NCBI GenBank assembly: GCA_030704615.1
Contig: CM060734.1
Location: forward strand, 34,162,001 to 34,226,000
DNA from: Takakia lepidozioides
Lineage: Eukaryota > Plantae > Bryophyta
DNA length: 64,000 nucleotides
Direction: 5' to 3'
This document shows, in pieces, positions 24,026-33,122 of this stretch. Below the pieces are notes generated by a model. That model ran no database searches. It was not told the origin of the DNA and saw nothing but the letters and a program-made list of their open reading frames with translations. Numbering within the stretch: position 1 is the first letter of the stretch; each line of letters starts with the position of its first letter. The position numbers and the translations under genes were made by a program.

Positions 24026-26374
24026 CTGAGGGCTTATAGGAATTGCTTTGCCTTCAGTTTGAAGGACTTGGGAGCACTGAAGGGTCAAGAGATCCGTATT
24101 GAGTTGGCCACTGACACGCCAATCTTTCGGAGACCCTATAGATACAGTGACATGGAGAGGTCTTTGATTCAGATGAGGACTCAAGATCTCTGGGAGGCAG
24201 GTTTGGTGGAGCTCTCTGGTGGAGAGTATGCTTCAGCCACAGTGATGCCAGCTAAGAAGGATGTCTATGGCAATTGGACGGAGAGACGTATGTGCGGTGA
24301 TTACCGGCCTGTAAATCGTCAGACCAAGTCCGATAGGTATGCCATGCCAACACCAGAGGAGATCTTTGATGCCATTGGGCATTCCAAGGTCTTTAGCACG
24401 TTGGATTTACGATCCGGATATCACCAGTTGCCGATCAAGGAGGCGGATAAGCAAAAGACGGCATTCTGGGGGATCAATGAGCACGGGAAGGATTGCCTAT
24501 ACCAGTGGCGGTTCTTACCATTTGGGCTTAAAAACGCTCCCGCTGAGTTTCAAAGAGTCATGGACAGGATTCTAGCAGGGGTGGAGTTTGCTCGGTGCTA
24601 CATAGATGACATCATCATCTTTAGTGCTACGGTGGAGGAGCATGAGAGACACCTTCAGGGGGTATTTGAGCGCTTGAGGACGCACGGATTGAAGTTACAT
24701 CCGGGCAAGTGCAAGTTTTTCCACAACCAGATTGAGTATCTGGGTCACATGATATATCCTGGAGGATTGGGGGTACAGCAGACTAAGGTAGAGTCCATTG
24801 CACAGGTTCCACGCCCCACGGATGTGAGCCGAGTTCGAGCTTTCATGGGGTTAGCAAACTATTACAGACGGTTTGTTAAGGGATTTAGTGCCATTGCAAA
24901 GGCTCTAACCAGGCTGACCAAGGTGGACCAGGAGTGGCAGTGGGAAGATGAGCAAGAACAAGCTTTTCAAGAGCTCAAGGCGAGGTTGACCTCGGCGCCC
25001 ATCTTGAGACGACCTATCAGGGGGCGTCCTTTTCAGCTGCATACAGATTGGAGCATGCTGGGGCTTGGAGCGGTGCTCACACAGGTGGATGATGAGGGAA
25101 GAGAGTTCGTAGTGGCTTATGCTAGCCGCTCGAACAATGCTGCAGAGTCTAAGTATAGCTCATATGAGGGAGAATGCTTAGCTGCAGTGTGGGCCGTGGC
25201 ACACTTCAGGTGCTATTTATACGGCAATCTCTTCACCCTTGTCACGGATCACCAACCACTCAAGTGGTTGATGGAGTCAGACAAGCTTACGGGGAAGCTT
25301 GCACGGTGGGCACTCATCCTTCAAGAGTATGACTTTCAGGTGGTGCATCGACCGGGTTTGGTCAATCGCAATGCAGATGGGTTGAGTCGCAATCCATGCA
25401 CGAGCCAGCAGGATGACACTGGAGCTCGGTGGCATGGTGAGACGGACGAGGAGATGGTGCCCGGATGGCATGCATCTGCATTTCTGTGTATCTTGGCAGC
25501 GGAAGGCCAGGTTGGACCTGCAACAGGGATGACTGTGGATCAAGTGTCTGAGGACCCTGAGGCCAGCAATGAGCAAGGTGGCGCCAAAGATATACATGAG
25601 GATTCAGCTGTGTTGGACTATCTTCGCACTGGAGACACGGCAGCCACTGTGACTGCCAAGGAGAGGGATCGGATCCTACAACGAGCCAAGAGGTTCAAGT
25701 GGGAGGGGACACACCTGCTCCGAGTGTGGGAGGATGGTCGAGTGAGGATTGTGCCTCACCCAACACAGCGGGCACGGTTAGTGCGGCATGCCCACGAGGA
25801 GTTGGGGCATTTTGGGGTGCGACGCACCCATAGCCTACTGCAGGGGCAGTATTGGTGGCGTGGTATGCACACAGAGGTGCAACAATTTGTGGCTAGGTGC
25901 ATGGTGTGTGACAGGGTGCGTGCTTCATTCAACGCCCCTACTCCACAATTGCACCCTCTTCCGATCATGGGATTGGGCTACAGGTGGAGTCTTGACTTCG
26001 CACGGCCGTTGCCACTGACCATGCGCCACAACAAGTACGTGTTGGTGATGGTGGAGCACTTCTCCAAGTGGATTGAATTGGTTCCATTGCCTGATAAGGC
26101 TAGTGAGGGAGCTGCGTATGCATTCTTGGATTGTGTGCTTAGCCGATTCGGTGCTCCAGCTGAGGTACTCACGGACCAAGGGAGAGAGTTCTTGGGGGAG
26201 TTTCAGGCTTTGTGTGACAAGGCCTTGATAGACCACCGCACCACTTCTCGGGATCATCCTGAGGCCGATGGCTTGGCAGAGAGAGTTGTTCAGACAGTAA
26301 AGAGGGGTTTGCGCAAGTATGGCTTGCAGATGGTTCCAGATGGGGATTGGTTATGTCCACAATGCATTGGATAG
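24026..26374 (+). CDS. D1 Pol: reverse transcriptase, RNase H, integrase, and the C-terminal remnant of a PHD finger
   Basis: RT motifs [34 protein letters not shown] motifs LHTDWS, EGECLA, VTDHQPL. IN motifs HEELGH..CMVC, SLDF, TDQG, AER. Ends VPDGDWLCPQC. Confidence 0.95.
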   Translation: MRAYRNCFAFSLKDLGALKGQEIRIELATDTPIFRRPYRYSDMERSLIQMRTQDLWEAGLVELSGGEYASATVMPAKKDVYGNWTERRMCGDYRPVNRQTKSDRYAMPTPEEIFDAIGHSKVFSTLDLRSGYHQLPIKEADKQKTAFWGINEHGKDCLYQWRFLPFGLKNAPAEFQRVMDRILAGVEFARCYIDDIIIFSATVEEHERHLQGVFERLRTHGLKLHPGKCKFFHNQIEYLGHMIYPGGLGVQQTKVESIAQVPRPTDVSRVRAFMGLANYYRRFVKGFSAIAKALTRLTKVDQEWQWEDEQEQAFQELKARLTSAPILRRPIRGRPFQLHTDWSMLGLGAVLTQVDDEGREFVVAYASRSNNAAESKYSSYEGECLAAVWAVAHFRCYLYGNLFTLVTDHQPLKWLMESDKLTGKLARWALILQEYDFQVVHRPGLVNRNADGLSRNPCTSQQDDTGARWHGETDEEMVPGWHASAFLCILAAEGQVGPATGMTVDQVSEDPEASNEQGGAKDIHEDSAVLDYLRTGDTAATVTAKERDRILQRAKRFKWEGTHLLRVWEDGRVRIVPHPTQRARLVRHAHEELGHFGVRRTHSLLQGQYWWRGMHTEVQQFVARCMVCDRVRASFNAPTPQLHPLPIMGLGYRWSLDFARPLPLTMRHNKYVLVMVEHFSKWIELVPLPDKASEGAAYAFLDCVLSRFGAPAEVLTDQGREFLGEFQALCDKALIDHRTTSRDHPEADGLAERVVQTVKRGLRKYGLQMVPDGDWLCPQCIG

Positions 26375-26618
26375 TGGGAGTGGATACAACCATGGGAGGC
26401 TAACAAGCAACGCAAGGCCCAGCTACAGGAGACCTTGAATACACGAAGTCCTGGCTCAAGTTCACAGATTGCAAGACGGCGACTAACGATGGGGCTACTC
26501 TTGTACCCGGCCTCTTGGTCTATAGAGTTTGAGTGCGATAGGGACAGTGATACAGGACTTAGTACGGCTATGGCTATTACGTCTTGTAGCTATCTGGAGG
26601 TAGAGGGACCTATCCACC

Positions 26619-26632
26619 AGCTAGGGGGGCGA
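26619..26632 (+). promoter_or_regulatory. D1 polypurine tract
   Basis: AGCTAGGGGGGCGA immediately precedes repeat B. The equivalent lies at 39692-39704 (minus) in D2. Confidence 0.75.
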
Positions 26633-27154
26633 TTGTGGTAAACTACTTTATTGTGCATATATGTGTGGTGTGGTTTGGACAGCGATGTAGTTGTGTAGCG
26701 ATATGTATGCGCACGACAGCTGTCAAGTTAAATAAGCACAGTGTGAAAACAGCTAGAATAAAACTAGTTATTTGTATTTAACACTTGGATTTAGGTCAAG
26801 TGTTAAATCAGGTGTCAAGTTTAGTTTGACACCTGGTCCGTCTTATCTTCACGAGAGCGGCAGTCGCGCGGCTCATCTTTCTCGAGTTGAGCCTGCGCGA
26901 CCGAGCTCCTGCATGTGTTTAGATTTGAGTGTGCTTATGTAGGGGTACATGTTGTTGTGGGGTGGAGTCCCCATAGCTTGGGGTGCCCCTGGCTCGACTA
27001 CTATTTTCTAAGAGTGATGGTTTGGTTTTCATGTTTTGTGTCACAATGTGTTCGTTGGATTTCTATCATTGTGGTAAACTACTTTATTGTGCATATATGT
27101 GTGGTGTGGTTTGGACAGCGATGTAGTTGTGTAGCGATATGTATGCGCACGACA
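26633..27154 (+). repeat. D1 3' terminal block B(86 bp)-GC-A(348 bp)-B(86 bp)
   Basis: The two B copies are identical (TTGTGGTAAAC...GCGCACGACA). The B/A junction GACAGCTGTC is a perfect palindrome; the A/B junction is TATCA|TTGTGG. Confidence 0.95.
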
Positions 27155-27876
27155 GCGGTACCCAAGTTCACTTGTTCAAAAACAGAGGAAGGCCCCCATT
27201 CATCGGCATGAAAAACCAACCTGTCCTATTTTACGCGTTCATGAACGGTAAACGGAGGAACGCCCCAGTCAGCTGCCCTTCACCGACGTAAAAAGATCAA
27301 CTTGGGCCCCCATAAGACCTCATCTTACGAATTTCGTAAGGCACTAGATGAACTACGCCTGATGTAATGTACGTCGTCTGGTCAAGATGAAAACTTCCCG
27401 TCTAAGAAGTTAAGATTTTTTTTAAAAAAAAATTTCTAGGCGATTTTTTCCAGTTATTTCAAGCTCCGCTCATGAGTTTGAGGACATCAAAATTAAGTGT
27501 AGGGTGGAATTTCCAGGAGTCTTCCAGGCTGGAATCCAGAGTGGGCGGAACACTTTGGTAGTTGGAACACTGTGATCCATGTGGATGGGTGAATTTCCAA
27601 GTGGGTTTTTGGAGTTTCCAAGAGCAATGTTGGGAAATGGATCATAGTGTTCCAACATCCACAGTGTGCGGATAGATTGCTCTTGGGAACTCCAAAAACC
27701 CACTTGGAAATTTTGTCATGCAGGAAACCCACAACATACCTCAAATGGATCACTGCCAATGAAATTGTTAGGGAATATGTGGGCAAAATCTTAATAGTTC
27801 ATAATCTCCACCCTCTAAGGTGACACATTCTAACAACAGCGAGTGATACTAGGTCTGACTTCTCCGGTTCGTTAAA

Positions 27877-29800
27877 TTGGCTGCTCCTCTTACCTTCCCA
27901 CTGCGTAAACATGTCCACTTTGTTTTGGGCATTGTTGAGCGATCTTCCTTTGAAAAACTTAAAATCGCCTTAACAACTGCGCCCGTGTTGATTTATCCAG
28001 ACTTTATTCAACCTTTCATTTTGCAGACTGATGCGAGTGACCTGGCCAATCCGGGCGTCATTCTCAGTCAAGTCGGCCAGAATGGCAAAGAACATGTTGT
28101 CACCTATGCTTCGAGAAGGTTAGACAAACATGAGAGGAATTACTTCATAACTGACAAGAAAGCTTTGGCTGTCATCTTTGGAGTCAAGTATTTCAAGCAG
28201 TATTTGCATGGTTGTCCTTTTACTATATTTGAGACTGACCATTTATCTTTGAAAGCTCTAATGGCCCGTCGTGAGTTATTGGATGTCTTGCAACATGGGC
28301 TTTGATCCTACAAGGCTATGATTTCAAGATCACATGTGAAAGGGACAAGGACAACGTGAATGTTGATGCATTGACCAGTAGGGAAATGAAGAGGGCGAAT
28401 CCATATACCACTTTGGATAATTTGCTATCACTAACCACTACAGAAGCTCCACCTGTTAGTTCTATTGGCCATACCATGTTTCAGGATTTGACCTTCTTTC
28501 ACCTTCTGGATGGTCCCCCTGCACAGGCCGATTTGCTTAGCAGTTGGGACCTATTATAGTTTGATGTTGGATGAAAAGTGTCAGGATATTTGTAAGCACT
28601 CGGAGGGTAAATCGTAGGGGTTGTTGGATGCACGACTTTGCTCATCTTCTGTCAATTTCTTCTTCGCAACATTTGGTTATGGCTTTGGACAAGGCTCAAA
28701 TCGGGGAATAGCTCTGTTATCAGGACTTGCTTACTACCTCATAGGCAGCCATTTGAAACATGGTGAGGAACCAAGAAGGGACGACAAACGGGAGCGGAAA
28801 CTTTTTTATCTTCTGCACTAACCTATTGATGTGTGGTCATGAGTAGGCTAGGCATGAATGATTCACTATACGCTGCTTTATTCCAAAAGTGCAAGATTGG
28901 TACTCACGTTAGTGAGGCGTTAGTGGCATATCCAAGCACCTTACATGAGGCAAGGGAACTATCATTTCTGCTCTCACAGTAAAATGAAGGGAAGTTGTAC
29001 AAAGTGTCGGAAGTTTCTCTGAGGTCTTCTGTTCCTGCTTTGAGATTCGACCATTGGTTGTTAAGCACAATGACGATGTAGTACAATTCTTCTTCAATGA
29101 GGTAGTACTACGCATGGGTGCCCTTTCGAAAGTCTCATAGACCAAGGTATTGAGTTCGATAATTAGCTCATGGAAGTTGTGTATTTCGATCTTAATATGA
29201 ATCACAATGTGACAGTATGGTTTTATAATCCTCAATGCAACGGTTTGACTTAGCGCTTTAACAAAACCACGTATAAGATGTTGGAGAAGAATGGTTATTT
29301 GATTGAGGAATAGGACATTGTCATCCCTAGCGCGATACCCTTACACATCTCCTCTTTATAAGTGTCAGTTGCTGACCCTGTGGATTGGGATTTGTTCTTA
29401 TATGATCTAGATAACAAATGCTGAAGGCTTATGGAAACAACTAAGAGTAACATTGTCTTAGCTCCGTCTGCTCAAGTTAAACATTATAACCGCAGGCTGG
29501 TTGTCTATTTTGATGCCTTCAAGATTGGTCAATCTGTTTGTGCAGTACGATTACAACTTGGTAAGCAAGTCTCCTTGAAGGCTAAAAGAATGATTGACGA
29601 TCCTTATCTCATTTCCAATATTCTCATAGGTAGGCAGTATTAGTTGCTTCCTCAGCATGATTCTACTGTTGTGATTTATGGTGTAGTACATGTATCATTG
29701 CTTGTTCCCTGCACTCTGTCTTTTGATCTATCATGTTTGAATGTTCAGGATAGAAGGGTTAGCTTCACTCCTCTCCGTGCAAGATAAGCCCAGGCTACTG
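27877..29800 (+). mobile_element. Degenerate Ty3/Gypsy pol fragment (RH-IN), family 'H', same family as 49760-51927 and 55457-56080
   Basis: Contains FILQTDAS..YASRRLDKHERNY..ETDHLSL. The C-terminal ETTKSNIV..VRLQLGKQVS..IDDPY parallels ETAKHNIA..VRLQLGKQVS..IDGPY at 55445-56080. Confidence 0.8.
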
Positions 29801-30534
29801 CTACTTCCCTTTCATAGTTTAGACATATCTTTGGTAGTTTCACCACCATGAAGCAATTGGGGGTTTTCCCATTGAGAGTCAAGTTTTGTCCTCCACTCAC
29901 CTTAGAGTGAGGTTTTTTCTCTTAGGTTTTTTCATCCCTCTTGTATTGGATGCCCTAGATGCTGCAAATAAGAATTTTAGGACTTTTGTTCATTTGAAAT
30001 TTGAACCAAGCTCGCAAGCTCGCTTGATTGGAGGGGCCAGCATGCATCACATATGTAGGCCAGGAGTCCCCTTTGGCTATTATTCCTCATTATGGATGGA
30101 CATAAGGTCATTGGAAAGGAATGGCGGTGAGCTGGATGAGGTTATGTTAAGGATTACAAATTTGTCTTACGTTAACAACTAGTTTATGATTAGATGGAGG
30201 TCTTGTGGCTGGCCTACGTACGGTGGACCTTTGATTGCAATCTGGGTAGCCAAGTGTTTTACACCACATGGCATCCTTGTTTAGCCCTAGGTTTTTCCGG
30301 TGATCATTTGGTGCTCAACAGTGGAAGGTGGAAGGCGGCTATGTTGGATGAATGTGACTTTAATGTTTGAATGCGGGCTTGAGTGTGTAAAGTTTGATTT
30401 CCTCACAAGCTTGTAGATTCCTCCTTATTAAGCAAGCTTGTTTTGCCAGCTATATCCCTAGAAAATTAGTTAGATGTACACCACATAGAAAGTAGAATAA
30501 GCCCATAAACGGGAACTCACAGGCCTGTCCCCTG

Positions 30535-30870
30535 TTTTTTTTTTTTTTTTAAATAAAAGGGGAGGAAGCCCTTTATATCATATTAAAAGAAGAATCATGA
30601 AAAAATAACCATGAGAGGAGGCCATGAAGGCTTACATCACATAGTGATTGGGTAACACCCAGAACCAGTCCATCTAGTGGTAAGCTCTATGAGGGCAAGG
30701 TTACATTGCCCTCATAGAGCTTAGAGAGAAAGAAAACCAGGACCTGAAGCTCATGGTTTCCAGAGCATGGAGAAGAGCCGGCCACCAGAACAAGTGGAGC
30801 TTTTCCTATTATTTGTACCAAAAAAAAAACTGCTTAAGAAAATAAATAATAAATAACCTGCCTCCCTGTA
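30535..30870 (-). mobile_element. Short 5'-truncated LINE/SINE 3' end containing a perfect hairpin
   Basis: Poly(T) at 30535-30550 followed by AAATAAAAGGGGAGGAAGCCCTTT..GAAAAAATAACC, resembling the LINE 3' end at 11057/13550. An 18-bp inverted repeat lies at 30681-30723. Confidence 0.5.
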
Positions 30871-30899
30871 ACCTGTGAGTCCAAAAATTTGAAACAAGA

Positions 30900-31670
30900 C
30901 TGAGCGCGCGCATTGACTTGAATGTTTCGTAAACAGAGACCAAAAGCAGTCGCGTAATGTGAACGCGATCAAACGGAGCTCACCTCTTAACGTCTCCCCT
31001 GACATCGCAGGGTTCGCCGCACCGTCGCACCCGCGCGTTCACACGGGCACGTGTGCCGGTGCTAAACTAACCCTAATCTTATCATCGGTTTCCGCCACTC
31101 GCATTGCGCCGCACGCGCTTTGTGGGATACTCTTGTGCCACGTCGCGCATTTATTACAGGCCCCCGCAAAAGAAGCGGCGGATGACGGCGCACCGGCCCC
31201 TCCGGTGGCGCTCAGCTCCACTGGCTGAGCAGGTGGGAGTTGCTTCGATTTGACGTGGTCGCACGGATGAATGTATGTCGTCCGCCAACTGTCACGGGCC
31301 CTGTATGTCAAACGCACGACTAGTGCTAGTCCCTTTCATGTTTGGATGGATGATAATAAGTGTGGACGATGCTCGTTGGCACGAAGCGCAAAGTCAACTT
31401 CCAAAAGGACAAAACAGGCCTTTGTAGAGGGCGACAGGATAGCGCCGGTGGCAGGGAGAGAACCGACCAAAAAGGACCGCAGGCTGGCCGGTCACAGGCT
31501 AAAGCATCCACCTATGTAGCACCGGCTGACTTTTGTAATCACCGGCTGCTGAAGGTAAGCAGCCACGGCGCAGCCTTTTATCCGCAGGGTTGATGGAATT
31601 ACCCAGTGGGGTGTGTCCACAGGGAGGATTCAAAGTCAAATGCGTGTGAACGCCGCTCTTTGACTGCTGC
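30900..31670 (+). promoter_or_regulatory. GC-rich WRKY promoter with W-boxes, CGCG boxes and ACGT boxes
   Basis: TTGAC(T) in either orientation at 30913, 31392, 31634 and 31660. CGCG motifs at ~30905, 30951, 31032 and 31115. CACGTG at ~31048. A 5'-UTR intron donor G|GTAAGT is at 32042. Confidence 0.5.
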
Positions 31671-33122
31671 TCTGCTTCGTCACTCTGCTGCAGACCTTCC
31701 TCGATTGCTTCTTCGCGCAGCGAGCAGCTCCGAGATCCATCACATGGATTTCGTTTCTGTCTTCATTCTATCTCAGACAATCCATGCTAGACACATGCGG
31801 TTCCATCTTTTGCGTCTGCAGTGACCGACAGGGATTTGCTCTTCGCTATTCATATACTTCTTCTCATCACGATACTTCCGCCGAGAATTTTGGGGATCAT
31901 CTCTGTCTGTCCTCTCTTTTTGTCTCTCTATCTCTCGCAAGTTCGACATCCATTATTTCATTGGGACATGCGATTTTCTTCGTCGGATTCTTCGCTAGAC
32001 TCATCTTACACAGGAGGAACGTGCTTTTAGGGTGGTTTCTGGTAAGTCTGCGACTACACCCCAGCGATGCATCTCTCCGAACACTCATCTCTATGATCTC
32101 CAGGGCTTTCTATTCTTTTGAAACGTTTTTCTAACTCGTTTCTGTCTAGAGATGAGGGGAAGAAAATAGGCTCAGATTAGGGTCTGGACATGCATTTCGT
32201 TGCGGGTCTTGTTGTAAGTATTTTATCACTGCACTCCTTGGCATTTCCATCAAGGTAGCTCACTGAAGCCGTGTTCTCTCTCTCTCTTTCTCTCTCTCTC
32301 AGATTGATCATACATATGTATAAATGTCATTTGGCACGTAGAGTCATTCTGCGGCGCATTGTACATAGCACACATTCACTCAGCATCTTCCAAATTAGTT
32401 TGGTTCGTTCGTCTTTCTCCTCTCTCATTCCGTCATAATAAAGGGTCTCGCATGTCCAGATCACTGAAATTAGGTTTTTTCTTAAATCCAGATGTCACTA
32501 GACATTTGATTTCAGTCGTGAAGCTTCCTTGTGTTCCCTAGATCTCATTCAAATGAACAGCCTCTACCCGCAAAGGCCAGCTTTCTGAGCGTGTTATCTG
32601 CTTTGAGCAGTGTGTCTCTCTGTGGTAGATATACTTAAGTCTGTCTATGGTAAAATCCCAAAGACCACATATTTATGGGTTCATCACCTTAGTATTTAGC
32701 TGCTTCTCTCTCTGTACTTCTCGTAGTCGTGCTGATCAGACAAGGTTCCTCCAATATCCCTTGGTAGGTTATATATAGATAGCGATCTTAGTGCAGTGAG
32801 CTTTTAGATTCGGAGCTAGTCATACGCATGCTTTCTGTTAGACGTCAGTACCCTTTTCAAACATTCTGCTGCTTGAATATAATAGTAAGTTTGAACTTGT
32901 TTGATTACTGAGGTCGGTCAATAGGTCTCAGTACAGCCGTTCAATCGTAAATCCACTGTAGGATATATGCTCGCTAAAGACGAGCTTCTCTTTGATATCT
33001 TTTCCTCTCTATCGTTTGGCGCAATTGGTACACATCCGCCGATCCTTCATCTAATTTTGTGTGGACCACCGCTGGATCCCTTGTCCCTCCACCTCAGGAG
33101 CGGCGCCCTCCCAACTGCATGG

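Larger units (their letters stand above)
15823..27154 (+). mobile_element. Element D1: Ty3/Gypsy retrotransposon encoding a C5 DNA methyltransferase, with split terminal repeats (A...B-A-B)
   Basis: Ends TGTC...GACA with a GCGG duplication at 15819-15822 and 27155-27158. Repeat A at 15823-16170 and 26721-27068; repeat B at 26633-26718 and 27069-27154. Internal order is gag-PR-DNMT-RT-RH-IN. Confidence 0.93.

Noticed and set aside
15823-27154. DIRS/PAT/Ngaro tyrosine-recombinase element, suggested by the split repeats and a methyltransferase
   Set aside because: No YR motif was seen. It has an aspartic protease, Gypsy RT/RH, an HHCC+DDE integrase and a TSD, and its MTase is C5-type rather than the adenine-MTase-like domain of DIRS.
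27155-27156. GC after the terminal B as part of the element (implying a 2-bp TSD)
   Set aside because: The D2 terminal GACA is followed by TC rather than GC, and GCGG is duplicated in full, so a 4-bp TSD is preferred. Only one complete copy supports this.
27470-27830. Possible solo LTR with a minus-strand PPT near 27805-27818
   Set aside because: No partner copy, clean TG..CA ends or TSD could be established.
32967-33122. N-terminal extension of WRKY from the ATG at 32967
   Set aside because: The segment looks intronic, with a pyrimidine tract and CAG acceptor at ~33097; ATG 33123 or 33207 is more plausible.
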